DNA of 64,000 nucleotides from Flavobacteriales bacterium (lineage in GTDB: Bacteria; Bacteroidota; Bacteroidia; Flavobacteriales_F; PHOS-HE28). Location: NCBI GenBank assembly GCA_016710015.1, contig JADJLR010000002.1:416365-480364 (forward strand). Reading direction: 5' to 3'. Made by a program: the position numbers and the translations under genes. Of this stretch, positions 40,017-50,166 are shown in pieces. The notes below the pieces were generated by a model that did not search any database, was not told the origin of the DNA, and was given only the letters and a program-made list of their open reading frames with translations. Each line of letters starts with the position of its first letter. Position 1 is the first letter of the stretch.

Positions 40017-42206
40017 ATGCTTCGCAAGCTCTCCATAGCCTTCGTGTTGCTCGCCAATGTTGGTGTGGCTCAGGAGTCCCATGAGGTAATGCCCCTAGCA
40101 CTTGGCAACATGACGGAGGACTATGCGCCGGTCTTTCTGGATTCGGGTTTCGTTATGAGTTCCATCCGGGAGACCGAAGCCACCATCGCATTCAAGGACG
40201 CAGAAACCGGCCGACCGCTTGCCGACCTATACTGGGTCCCCCTGATGGACAATGTACCGGGCACTCCGGTCCTCTTCAGTGCGAACCTAACAACACCGGT
40301 GAACGAAGGTCCAGCTGCATTCACACACGGTGGTAAAACGATCTGCTACACCCGGAATGTGACACTTCCGAAGAAGTTATCCAACCTCCGCGCATCGAAT
40401 TCCCAACTCGGACTCTTCTTCTCCGATCTGGAGAACGGGACCTGGTCTTTGCCGATCCCTTTCATGCACAATAGCACCAAATACTCGGTGATGCACCCAG
40501 CGATCAGCATCGATGGCAACACCCTGATATTCGCCAGTGACATGCCAGAGGGCCTTGGTGGCATGGACCTCTACCGCAGTACTCGAACCGTCGAGGGCTG
40601 GTCCACGCCGGAGAATCTCGGTGCTGCGATCAATGGCCCGAACAACGATGTATTTCCCTCCTTCGGTCCGAACGGTGCCTTGTACTACTCCAGCGACCGG
40701 ATCGGCGGAATGGGCAAACTGGACCTCTACATGGCTCCGCGCAACGGTCCTACTTGGAGTGATCCGACCGCCCTGCCAGCCCCGATCAACTCTCCGGGGA
40801 ACGACATGGGGATCACCTTCCGCGCCGATGGACGCAATGGTTACTTCAGTTCGAACCGAAGTGGGACGGATCGGATCATGTCCATGAAGTGGACCGTTCC
40901 GAAATTCCGGGACTGTGCACCTCAAGAGCGAAACAATTACTGTTACGCCTTCCGAGCCAAGAAGCATGCCGCCACAAGTTCACTCCCGCTTGACCACGTT
41001 TGGGAACTTGGTGACGGTACCCGCACCACCGGTTTGGTCGCCGAACACTGCTACGACCAGCCAGGCACCTACGTCGTACGCTCCTTGCTCGTGGATCGCA
41101 AGACCGGGGATGTCTTCCATCAACTCAAGGAGCACGAGTTGGTGATCGATGATGCCCAGCAAGCTTGGATCTCATCACCGGATACGGTGCGCACTGGACG
41201 TGCGATGGCCTTGGATGCATTCAATAGCCACCTGACCGAATGGGAACCCTCGGAATACCATTGGGATATGGGAAATGGCTCAGTCCTTCAAGGCGAGAAG
41301 ATCCAGCATACGTTCCGGATACCTGGAGTGTATGAAGTCAAATTGGATATTCTTTCCCAACCGGATGCCAACGGTGCGATCGCCAACCAGTGCAACACCC
41401 GAACCGTGGTGGTCTTGGATCGCTTCCACGATCAGGAGGACCTGACCGTGGTGGCCACCTACCAAGATGTCATGGGGGCCACACACACGTTCGAGTACCA
41501 AGAATTGCCCTTTGATCAATTGGGTATGGCCATGGATGAGATGGCGGATGCTACCTTCTCCGTGGAACTCTTTGCATCGAAGGATCGGATCAGCTTGGAC
41601 GATCCGAAATTCATGGAAGTCCGCAAACTGTATAGGGTGGTGGAACGTTTCGATCCGGAACGCGGCGTGTACACCTATTCAGTAGGTGAGACCAGTGATC
41701 TGGAAGAGCTTTACAAAGTGTTCAAGAAGGTGAAGGAGTTGCAATTCCTGGATGCCGAAGTATTCCAACTGCAACCCGAGAAGTTGATGGACCTGAGCAA
41801 ACTCGATCTTGCCTCGATCGAAGAGTTGAATCATTCGAAACTGCGGACCAATGCGATCCACTTCGCGTACAAAAGCGCGGATATCGGATCGGGGTCCGAG
41901 GAGACCTTGGACCAGATCATCGGATTGCTCCGTCAACACCCGGAATTGAAGTTGGTGATCGAGGCGCACACGGACGACATTGGAAACAACGCATACAACA
42001 TCGACCTTTCCCAACAGCGTGCGCAGTCCGTACTCAGTTATCTGGAGGAACACGATGTTTCTCCGGACCGGTTGATCCCCGTGGGCCATGGAGAGAACCA
42101 GCCCATGGCGAGCAACAAGACCGAAGATGGGCGCAGTCAGAACCGTCGTGTGGAATTCCGCATGACCGTTAAGGGCGAGGATCAGGCGTTCCAGAAGACC
42201 CGCTGA
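40017..42206 (+). CDS. OmpA family protein with PD40 (TolB-like WD40) repeats and PKD domains
   Basis: Signal peptide MLRKLSIAFVLLANVGVAQE. PD40-like repeats (GGMDLYRS, GKLDLYMA, NGYFSSNRSG). PKD-like blocks (WELGDGTRTTG...GTYVVRS; WDMGNGSV...GVYEVKL). C-terminal OmpA domain reads IHFAYKSADIGSGSEETLDQIIGLLRQHPELKLVIEAHTDDIGNNAYNIDLSQQRAQSV...NRRVEF. Confidence 0.8.
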   Translation: MLRKLSIAFVLLANVGVAQESHEVMPLALGNMTEDYAPVFLDSGFVMSSIRETEATIAFKDAETGRPLADLYWVPLMDNVPGTPVLFSANLTTPVNEGPAAFTHGGKTICYTRNVTLPKKLSNLRASNSQLGLFFSDLENGTWSLPIPFMHNSTKYSVMHPAISIDGNTLIFASDMPEGLGGMDLYRSTRTVEGWSTPENLGAAINGPNNDVFPSFGPNGALYYSSDRIGGMGKLDLYMAPRNGPTWSDPTALPAPINSPGNDMGITFRADGRNGYFSSNRSGTDRIMSMKWTVPKFRDCAPQERNNYCYAFRAKKHAATSSLPLDHVWELGDGTRTTGLVAEHCYDQPGTYVVRSLLVDRKTGDVFHQLKEHELVIDDAQQAWISSPDTVRTGRAMALDAFNSHLTEWEPSEYHWDMGNGSVLQGEKIQHTFRIPGVYEVKLDILSQPDANGAIANQCNTRTVVVLDRFHDQEDLTVVATYQDVMGATHTFEYQELPFDQLGMAMDEMADATFSVELFASKDRISLDDPKFMEVRKLYRVVERFDPERGVYTYSVGETSDLEELYKVFKKVKELQFLDAEVFQLQPEKLMDLSKLDLASIEELNHSKLRTNAIHFAYKSADIGSGSEETLDQIIGLLRQHPELKLVIEAHTDDIGNNAYNIDLSQQRAQSVLSYLEEHDVSPDRLIPVGHGENQPMASNKTEDGRSQNRRVEFRMTVKGEDQAFQKTR

Positions 42207-42327
42207 TCACGCCTCGCGTACAACACGGTTCGACGACGACCGGAGTTCCTGAAGCTTTCGGTCATTGTTCCACGAATGGTCCGCAGATCGTTCCGCTCAA
42301 CCCCATCGTGGTGGATACCTTAGCTGC

Positions 42328-45300
42328 GTGTCACCTTCGAACCGCATCTTGGCCCACCTGATCTTCTTGTGTGCTTCGGTCCAAGCGACCGTGGCCCAGA
42401 CGGGTCTTCAATTCATCCAGAATCGTGGGCAATGGCCGGATGCAGTGACCTATCGTGCGGACGCACCCTCGGCCACGGTCTGGGTCGAACGCAGTAGCTT
42501 GTTGATCGATCGGTACGATGCCACCGCCATGGAGCACTTGGCCCATGCGCATACGCACGGTGGTGAAGTCCCGCGAACCGTTGCTCATCATGCACTCCGG
42601 TTGGGCTTTGCAGGCGCGAACCCAGACCCGATCATCGAACCGTTGGGTATTCGACCGGGGGCGTACAACTACATCCTCGGTAATGATGCCTCCCGTTGGG
42701 TGGGCAAGGCACATGCATTCGGTGCCTTGGTGCAAAAGGACATCTACCCTGGGGTGGACCTGCGCATTCGGGCAAAACACACCGCGTTGAAATACGACCT
42801 ACTCCTTGCAGCCGAAGCGGAGGTGGGAAAGATCCTTCTTCACTATGAAGGAGCCGAACGCATCGAGCTGACCCCGGACCGGCTGATCATCCACACCGCA
42901 CTGGGCGCTCTTACCGAAAGTATTCCACTGGCTTACCAAGAGATCGCTGGGGAACGCCGACACGTCGAATGCACCTATCGCAGGGTTGGTGATCTCATCG
43001 GTTTCGAACTTGGTGTACACGACCCTACTGCACCCGTGGTGATCGACCCGACCCTTGTCTTCAGTACGTATTCCGGTTCGTTCGCCAACAATTTCGGTTA
43101 CACCGCTACTTTCGATCGCAATGGATTTCTGTACAGCGGCAGCACGGCGTTCGGTCAAGGCTATCCGACCACCACGGGAGCCTATCAAGTTTCGCATGCC
43201 GGTGGTGATGGCTTGTTCGACGGGACCGATATCGCCCTTACGAAGTACGACACCACGGGCACCTTCCTCATCTGGAGCACGTACCTGGGCGGAAGCAGCG
43301 ACGAACTACCCCACAGTTTGATCGTGAACGGGAACGACGAGGTCTTCGTGTACGGCACCACCAGTTCGCCTAATTTTCCCACTACTGCCGGGGCGTTCGA
43401 TGGCACCTTCCATGGTGGCCCGCCCGTGGACCTCACCAACGGACTGGGTGCCGATATGCCGAACGGTGCGGACATGATCGTGGCACGCTTGAGCGCAGAT
43501 GGTTCGCAATTGCTGGCGAGCACCTACCTCGGTGGTTCTGGTACCGATGGATTGAATACAGCGGCAGGGCTGAAGTTCAACTATGCGGATGAAGTACGCG
43601 GAGAGGTGTTGCTGGATGCCAACGACAATGTGTACATCGCGAGTTGCACGGCATCGCCCGACATGCCAGTGACCATCGGCAGCATCCAACCCGTGTATGG
43701 TGGCGGTGCGCAGGATGGCGTGGTGGTGAAGATGGACGCTTCACTCACTTCGGTGATCTGGGGCAGCTACTTCGGCGGAACTGCTGCCGATGCCATCTAC
43801 AACATCGAATTGAACAGTGCAGGAGCATTGTACGTGACAGGTGGAACGCGTAGCACGGACCTGCCCGTCACCTCTGGAGCGTATCAAAGCACCTTCCAAG
43901 GCGGCACTGCGGACGGATTCGTTGCGTTGATCGGTGGCAATGGAGCCACCTTGCTCGCTAGTAGCTATTTCGGCACCAGCGGATATGACCAATGCTACTT
44001 CGCCGAGCTGGATCAGGAAGGCCAAGTGTACCTCTTCGGTCAAACCACTGCGGTCGGAAATGTCCTGATCGTGAACGCGCCGTACAACGTTCCGAACGCA
44101 GGTCAATTCATTTCGAAAATGGATCCTGGCCTCACAGCGATCCAGATCAGCACCCGATTCGGTCAAGGCGATGGCATTCCGGACATCTCCCCGACCGCAT
44201 TCTTGGTGGACTATTGCGACAAGATCTACGTGAGTGGTTGGGGTAGCGCGATCCAAGGTGGACAGTTGAGCACGGCCGGGTTACCGGTAACTCCCGATGG
44301 CTTTCAACAAACGACCGATGGCAACGACTTCTACCTCGCGGTCTTTGACATCGATCTCTCGGACCTGTTCTACGCCACCTACTTCGGCGGCGGCACCAGT
44401 GCCGAGCATGTGGATGGAGGCACCAGCCGATTCGACCGACGTGGTCGAGTTTACCAAAGTGTTTGCGCCGGATGTGGCGGAAATTCCGACTTCCCGATCC
44501 AACCGAACCCCGGTGCGTGGAGCCCCACGAACAATAGCGGTTTCTGCAACAACGGCGTTTTCAAGTTCGATTTCGACCTACCGATCGTTGTGGCGGACTT
44601 CGGATCGAGCACCAACTGCCTGCCTACGCCGATCACCTTCAACAACCAGAGCTACGGTGCCACGGACCATGCTTGGCAATTCGGTGATGGCACGAGCAGC
44701 ACGCTTCCCTCGCCGAGTCACCTTTATGCCGCTCCGGGTGTGTACACCGTGACCTTGATCGCGAGCAATGCATCAACGTGCAACCTGAGTGATACAACGA
44801 CCCAGCAGATCGTGATCCTGGGCGACGGCAACCTTGAACTTCCGGACACGACCATTTGTTCGGGCGGATCCGTTCAGATCGGCATCCTGCCCATCGCCGA
44901 TCCGAGCGTGACCTATCAATGGTCCCCATCGCAAGGGTTGTCCAACGCAACAGCTTCGAATCCCTTCGCTTCGCCCATACAGACCAATACGTATGCCTTG
45001 ACGATCAGCAACGGAACGTGCAGCACCACCGCGCGACAAACCGTGATCGTGAGCACGGGTGCGATCGATGCCGGCGCGGAACAACTCCTTTGCGGACCCG
45101 ACCCGGTCACGACCCTTGTGGCGAACGGTTTCGGAAGTATCCATGCGTTCCAATGGTCCAGTACCGCCACATTCTCCGATACACTGAACGCACCCATCGC
45201 AGATAGTACAGCGCTCGTGATGCCGCTTCGTGATACGTGGTACTTCGCACGCGCATTGGATCAGGCATGTAGCGCCGTGGATAGTGTACTCCTCCGCGTT

Positions 45301-46071
45301 TCGCTTGCAGTCCCTCTCCTTTTCGGTGACAGCACGATCTGCACATCGGATATCGCGACGTTGGAGTTGTCCGGTATCGATCCGGGTTCCACGATCACTT
45401 GGGAACCGACCGATGGGATCATTTCCGGACAAGGGACCACCAGTGTACAGGTCGCACCGGAGGAGACCATGGGCTTTGGTGTTACCGTATTATCCCCGCT
45501 CGGATGCATCTGGAATGCAACCACTATCGTCGTGGTTTCGCCACTGGATGGCACCTCGGTGATCGCTACGGCCACGCCCTCGCTCGTACTTCCCGGCGAA
45601 AGCGTTCAACTTCAAGCTTTCCCAACCGATGCGGCGAGTTATTCCTGGTCACCGACCGCACCACTCAACACGCCGAACATCGCCACTCCCATAGCAACGG
45701 TCACAGCAAGCACGCTGTTCACGGTGACCGTTTCCGATGGCATTTGCACCAAGGATGCCTTCGTTCGGGTAGAGGTCCACGACCTCCGTTGCGCCGACCC
45801 GGATATTTTCGTTCCGAACACTTTCACCCCGAATGGCGATGGGAACAATGATGTCCTTTACGTGCGTGGTCGAGCGGTGGAACGCCTGAATTTCGAACTG
45901 TTCGATCGATGGGGTGAGTTGATCTTCCAGACCACCGATCTCACGCGCGGATGGGACGGTACGTACAAAGGGAAACCCGTCGACCCTGCGGTCTTCGTGT
46001 ATCACCTGACCGCATATTGCATCGATGGGCAGCGCTACTTCACAAAAGGAAACGTGACCGTTCTGCGATGA
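42328..46071 (+). CDS. T9SS type B C-terminal domain protein with SBBP beta-propeller repeats and PKD domain
   Basis: In-frame GTG at 42328 gives a signal-like N-terminus (VSPSNRILAHLIFLCASVQATVAQ); the ORF opens at 42265. SBBP-type repeats (YLGGSSDELPHSLIVNGNDEVFVYGTTSSPNFPTTAGAF and others). PKD region (GDGTSSTLPSPSHLYAAPGVYTVTLIASN). C-terminus reads DIFVPNTFTPNGDGNNDVLYVRGRAVERLNFELFDRWGELIF...FVYHL. Confidence 0.8.
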   Translation: MSPSNRILAHLIFLCASVQATVAQTGLQFIQNRGQWPDAVTYRADAPSATVWVERSSLLIDRYDATAMEHLAHAHTHGGEVPRTVAHHALRLGFAGANPDPIIEPLGIRPGAYNYILGNDASRWVGKAHAFGALVQKDIYPGVDLRIRAKHTALKYDLLLAAEAEVGKILLHYEGAERIELTPDRLIIHTALGALTESIPLAYQEIAGERRHVECTYRRVGDLIGFELGVHDPTAPVVIDPTLVFSTYSGSFANNFGYTATFDRNGFLYSGSTAFGQGYPTTTGAYQVSHAGGDGLFDGTDIALTKYDTTGTFLIWSTYLGGSSDELPHSLIVNGNDEVFVYGTTSSPNFPTTAGAFDGTFHGGPPVDLTNGLGADMPNGADMIVARLSADGSQLLASTYLGGSGTDGLNTAAGLKFNYADEVRGEVLLDANDNVYIASCTASPDMPVTIGSIQPVYGGGAQDGVVVKMDASLTSVIWGSYFGGTAADAIYNIELNSAGALYVTGGTRSTDLPVTSGAYQSTFQGGTADGFVALIGGNGATLLASSYFGTSGYDQCYFAELDQEGQVYLFGQTTAVGNVLIVNAPYNVPNAGQFISKMDPGLTAIQISTRFGQGDGIPDISPTAFLVDYCDKIYVSGWGSAIQGGQLSTAGLPVTPDGFQQTTDGNDFYLAVFDIDLSDLFYATYFGGGTSAEHVDGGTSRFDRRGRVYQSVCAGCGGNSDFPIQPNPGAWSPTNNSGFCNNGVFKFDFDLPIVVADFGSSTNCLPTPITFNNQSYGATDHAWQFGDGTSSTLPSPSHLYAAPGVYTVTLIASNASTCNLSDTTTQQIVILGDGNLELPDTTICSGGSVQIGILPIADPSVTYQWSPSQGLSNATASNPFASPIQTNTYALTISNGTCSTTARQTVIVSTGAIDAGAEQLLCGPDPVTTLVANGFGSIHAFQWSSTATFSDTLNAPIADSTALVMPLRDTWYFARALDQACSAVDSVLLRVSLAVPLLFGDSTICTSDIATLELSGIDPGSTITWEPTDGIISGQGTTSVQVAPEETMGFGVTVLSPLGCIWNATTIVVVSPLDGTSVIATATPSLVLPGESVQLQAFPTDAASYSWSPTAPLNTPNIATPIATVTASTLFTVTVSDGICTKDAFVRVEVHDLRCADPDIFVPNTFTPNGDGNNDVLYVRGRAVERLNFELFDRWGELIFQTTDLTRGWDGTYKGKPVDPAVFVYHLTAYCIDGQRYFTKGNVTVLR

Positions 46072-47105
46072 GTAAGTGCAGGTGGCATCCAACAATCGGT
46101 GCGGGTATTTTCGTCGCTTCACTCGCTATGGGCACAGCATGTCGAGTCCACGCGCAAGACATCCATTTCTCGCAATTCTTCAATTCCCCATTGGCATCGG
46201 GCCCTGGTGCGATCGGTACGTTCGAAGGGCAGTATCGTTTCAACGGGATCTTTCGGCAACAGTGGCGTTCGGTGACCATTCCTTATCGCACATTCGCTTT
46301 CGGTGCGGATGCGGCTGACGTGGGCGGCATCGGCGGCCTAGGTGTAGGCGCGTGGATCTACAATGACCGCGCTGGGGATAGCCAACTGGACCAATTCCAC
46401 TTCAGCATGGGTGCAAGTTGGACCGAACACTTCGGTGCCGATCGCGATCACGCTCTGACCGGCGGTGTGCAATTCGGAATCACCAACCTTTCACTCGATC
46501 CTTCCAGTCTCACCTTCGACAGCCAGTACAATGGGTACTATTTCGACCCCAACTCCGCCACCAATGAGCGGATCATTCGCGATGCAAAAACGCATTCCGA
46601 TCTCCACGCAGGACTTGTCTACCGCTTCAACATGGATCATCGCAAAGGTGTGCAGGTAGGGTTCAATGCATTCAACCTCACCACGCCGAACATCGACTTT
46701 CTCGGCGGTCCCTACACCGCGTTGGATGTGCGCACCAGTAGTCACTTGATGCTCTGGTTCCCTATAGCGAAGAAGCTGGACCTACGACCGATGTTGCAGT
46801 ACATGGCACAAGGGGAATTCCAGGAATTCGATATCGGATCGAATGTGCGCTACATCCTTCTGGATCGATTTGGCCTGTTACGTGCACTTTCCGTCGGACT
46901 GCATTACCGCGCCGCCGATGCCGGATACGTGTACGCCGGGTTGGAATACGACGATTGGACCTTTGGGATGAGCTACGACATCAACACGAGTTCGCTCGTG
47001 CCAGCCAGCCGGAACCGTGGTGCCATCGAACTCACGGCGATACGGATCCTGCGTAAAAGGCCGGTCGTTCCAGTACGCTTCAAAGCTTGTCCCACTCAGC
47101 TCTGA
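46068..47105 (+). CDS. PorP/SprF family type IX secretion system membrane protein
   Basis: ATGA overlap with the upstream stop. Reads MSKCRWHPTIGAGIFVASLAMGTACRVHAQDIHFSQFFNSPLASGPGAIGTFEGQYRFNGIFRQQW, the PorP/SprF N-terminal signature. Confidence 0.8.
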   Translation: MSKCRWHPTIGAGIFVASLAMGTACRVHAQDIHFSQFFNSPLASGPGAIGTFEGQYRFNGIFRQQWRSVTIPYRTFAFGADAADVGGIGGLGVGAWIYNDRAGDSQLDQFHFSMGASWTEHFGADRDHALTGGVQFGITNLSLDPSSLTFDSQYNGYYFDPNSATNERIIRDAKTHSDLHAGLVYRFNMDHRKGVQVGFNAFNLTTPNIDFLGGPYTALDVRTSSHLMLWFPIAKKLDLRPMLQYMAQGEFQEFDIGSNVRYILLDRFGLLRALSVGLHYRAADAGYVYAGLEYDDWTFGMSYDINTSSLVPASRNRGAIELTAIRILRKRPVVPVRFKACPTQL

Positions 47106-47108
47106 AAA

Positions 47109-49343
47109 ATGCGCTCGTTCGCTCGTATCACCACGCTCCTCCTTTTCGCTTGCACGAATGCTTGGGTGAGCGGGCAATCGGTGCAGCAATGGATCCTGTG
47201 GGGCGATGCGTCCATGGCTCGTTCTGAATTCTATGGTGCCTCACGATTCTATGCCGATGCCTTGGAGTTGGAACCCGGACGCATGAGCTTGCAATGGAAA
47301 CAAGCCGAAGCATGCAGACTGAGCAACCAGTACGACAAGGCCGCTGATCTGTACGAAGTGGTGTACCGAAAAGACGCCGGGCGGACCTACCCCGAGGCCT
47401 TGCGTTGGCTCGGTGAAATGCAGCTCTGCGATGCACGCTACGACGATGCGGAACGAACGTGGAACAAGGTGTTGCAGAAGGAGAAGGACAAATCATCGAC
47501 CATGGCCCTTCGTGCGAATGAAGCGATCAAGGGTTGCACATTAGCGAAGCAAGAGGGAGACCAGAACATTTTACTGGAACACCTTCCCGAACCACTCAAC
47601 TCGTTCTCCAGTGAATTCGCCCCACGCATCGGACCGGACTCGGTGCTCTACTTCTCCAGCCTGCGCGGCGACCTGAAGAGCGACGGGGAAGTGAAGGATA
47701 GCACCACCTATTTCACACATCTCTTTCCTGCAAAGGAATCGAACGGAACTTGGACCATCGGCGATCCGCTTCTCGATGAACGGCAACCGTGGAACAGCGC
47801 GAATGCGACATGGACAAGGAACGGGAAGTCGATCTTGTACACACAATGTGATAGCGCGAACAATTGTGTGATCCATTATGCGCCATTCACCAAGACCGGC
47901 CTATTGGGCACACCGCAGATGGGCTTGGATGGCGGAAGCAGTACGCAGCCGATGGTGGTCGCTGAAAATGATACGGAATGGCTGTACTTCGTAAGTGACC
48001 GGCCAGGCGGTGAAGGAGGAATGGACATTTGGCGTGCCCGGATCCTAAATGGCACAGCTGTTGATCCACGACCACTCGGACCACCGGTCAATTCGCCAGG
48101 AAATGAGTCGAGCCCGTGGTACGATGCCAGCAACGGCCAATTGTGGTTCGCCTCGGATTTTCACGCTGGCCTAGGTGGTTTCGACATCTTCCACAGTACT
48201 TGGAACGATACGTTCGATGCGCCTGTGAACGCCGGAATGCCGATCAACTCACCGGCCAATGATCTGTATCCGGTATACAACAGCACCACCGGTGAAGGTT
48301 GGTTGACCAGCAACCGCAAAGGCTCCTTCGCGGCGAAGGGCGAAACATGCTGCAACGACCTGTATCGTTTCGCGAAGCGTGTGTTACCAACGGGGCCGTT
48401 CGTTACCGTTACGACATTGGATACTTCCGTGATCGCATCGCTCCCTACGTACGATCCACAAACCGTCGTAGAACGTCTCCGCAGTGCGCAGCCGCTGGTC
48501 CTCTATTTCCACAACGACGAACCTGAACCGCGCTCACGTGCAACGCGCACCAAGCAGACATACGGAGCCACATTCGAAGCGTACGAAGCGTTGTTCCCAA
48601 CGTACATGAAGGAAAACGAAGCTCCTGATGCGATCGTCGACTTCTTTGCCCAGCTGGTTCGAGCAGGTCGCTCCCGGTTGGATACCCTGATCGTGGATCT
48701 GGCCCTTGCTTTGGAAGATGGCCACAACGTGACCTTGGATGTTCGCGGACATGCTAGTCCGTTGGCTCAGAACGACTACAACGTCGATCTGTCCCGTCGT
48801 CGCATAGAGAGCCTACGGATGCACTTATCGAACGCCAACGATCGTGCTTTGCAGGCCTACTTGGATAGCACCGCAGCGAACGGGGTGATCCTTCGCCTTC
48901 GTCCACTTCCCTTCGGTGAAGACCGATCGGCCCCGGGGGTTAGTGATGCACTTTCCGATGTGAAGCGGTCGGTATACAGTGTGGAAGCGGCGCAGGAACG
49001 CCGGATCGAAATAGCGCAGATCACGGTCGAACCCGTTAAGGAACACGAATTCATTCAGCGCTTTTCCATCGGGACGGTGACACGCGGAAGGCCAGAACCG
49101 TTCGACGTACCCGTGAAGAATGAAAGTGGGCAAACATTGACCTTGATCAGCGGGAATGCCGGTTGTGAGTGTATTTTAGTGGACCGACTACCACCTCCGA
49201 TCGAACCCGGTGGAACAGGCATTCTTCGCATCAGCTATTCAGGCAGATCGCTTGTCGGTCCCCTTGACCGAACGATCACGTTCCAAACGAATGACTTACC
49301 ATCGCGATTCGAGATCATCATCACAGGACTTGTCCAACCATAG
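47109..49343 (+). CDS. OmpA family protein with N-terminal TPR-like region, PD40 repeats and C-terminal DUF1573 domain
   Basis: Signal peptide MRSFARITTLLLFACTNAWVSGQ. TolB-like repeats (GGMDIWRAR, GGFDIFHS). OmpA-like segment NVTLDVRGHASPLAQNDYNVDLSRRRIESL. The C-terminus (GNAGCECILVDRLPPPIEPGGTGILRISYSG) resembles DUF1573. Confidence 0.75.
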   Translation: MRSFARITTLLLFACTNAWVSGQSVQQWILWGDASMARSEFYGASRFYADALELEPGRMSLQWKQAEACRLSNQYDKAADLYEVVYRKDAGRTYPEALRWLGEMQLCDARYDDAERTWNKVLQKEKDKSSTMALRANEAIKGCTLAKQEGDQNILLEHLPEPLNSFSSEFAPRIGPDSVLYFSSLRGDLKSDGEVKDSTTYFTHLFPAKESNGTWTIGDPLLDERQPWNSANATWTRNGKSILYTQCDSANNCVIHYAPFTKTGLLGTPQMGLDGGSSTQPMVVAENDTEWLYFVSDRPGGEGGMDIWRARILNGTAVDPRPLGPPVNSPGNESSPWYDASNGQLWFASDFHAGLGGFDIFHSTWNDTFDAPVNAGMPINSPANDLYPVYNSTTGEGWLTSNRKGSFAAKGETCCNDLYRFAKRVLPTGPFVTVTTLDTSVIASLPTYDPQTVVERLRSAQPLVLYFHNDEPEPRSRATRTKQTYGATFEAYEALFPTYMKENEAPDAIVDFFAQLVRAGRSRLDTLIVDLALALEDGHNVTLDVRGHASPLAQNDYNVDLSRRRIESLRMHLSNANDRALQAYLDSTAANGVILRLRPLPFGEDRSAPGVSDALSDVKRSVYSVEAAQERRIEIAQITVEPVKEHEFIQRFSIGTVTRGRPEPFDVPVKNESGQTLTLISGNAGCECILVDRLPPPIEPGGTGILRISYSGRSLVGPLDRTITFQTNDLPSRFEIIITGLVQP

Positions 49344-49345
49344 CC

Positions 49346-50065
49346 ATGGAACTCCTCCTTCTCTCCAACTCCACTTTGCCCGGCGAAGCTTACTTCGCTT
49401 GGCCAAAACCTCATGTTCAACCGTTCCTCACAGGGAAACGTCGCATCGCATTCGTCCCGTTCGCGGCCGTGGATGAGCAGCAAGATGCATACGTGGAACG
49501 CATGTCCGATCTGTTCGGTGAATGGAATTGCGAAACCATCGGCCTGCATCGGGAAAGCGATCCGGTAAAGACCTTATCCACCTGCGATGCGGTCGCCATC
49601 GGTGGCGGGAATTCCTTCCTCCTGATCCGTTCGTTGTACCGCAGTGGCTTGATGCGCGCACTTCAACCACTGGTGAAAGAGGGTATGCCGTACCTCGGCT
49701 GGAGCGCCGGCAGCAATGTGGCCTGCCCCACCATCATGACCACGAACGATATGCCGATCGTGGAGGCCCCTTCGCTGAAGGCCTTGAACCTGATCCCGTT
49801 CCAGATCAACCCGCATTTCACAGAAGCTACCATTGCAGGCCACGGAGGCGAAAGTCGGTCCCAACGGATCGCGGAGTACTTGGCCATGCACCCGCACATG
49901 CCTGTGGTCGGCTTACGCGAAGGATCGCTCTTGCACGTCCACAAGGACCAGATGGAGTTGATCGGCAAGGACATGACGATCTTCCGCAGAGGATCCGAAC
50001 CCGAAGTGATCACCGCCGGGACCAAGTTGCGCATCGACCTACGTCCTCTGGCCCCTGCTCACTGA
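49346..50065 (+). CDS. pepE: dipeptidase E (S51 peptidase, alpha-aspartyl dipeptidase)
   Basis: Reads RIAFVPFAA...AVAIGGGNSFLLIRSLYRSGLMRALQPLVKEGMPYLGWSAGSNVACPTIMTTNDMPI, the S51 catalytic Ser/His region. Confidence 0.85.
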   Translation: MELLLLSNSTLPGEAYFAWPKPHVQPFLTGKRRIAFVPFAAVDEQQDAYVERMSDLFGEWNCETIGLHRESDPVKTLSTCDAVAIGGGNSFLLIRSLYRSGLMRALQPLVKEGMPYLGWSAGSNVACPTIMTTNDMPIVEAPSLKALNLIPFQINPHFTEATIAGHGGESRSQRIAEYLAMHPHMPVVGLREGSLLHVHKDQMELIGKDMTIFRRGSEPEVITAGTKLRIDLRPLAPAH

Positions 50066-50166
50066 CAACGGACCCTTCACAACTCGATCAACAGAGTTCA
50101 CCAGTCCGGCCTCACGGCTCCGGTTCTTTGTACATCGCTTCCAACGAAGCGTGAACTGAACGACCG

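Noticed and set aside
45951-46067. N-terminal extension of the second PorP/SprF ORF
   Set aside because: It overlaps the C-terminal sorting domain of the upstream type B cargo gene. ATG at 46068 (ATGA overlap) gives a proper signal peptide.
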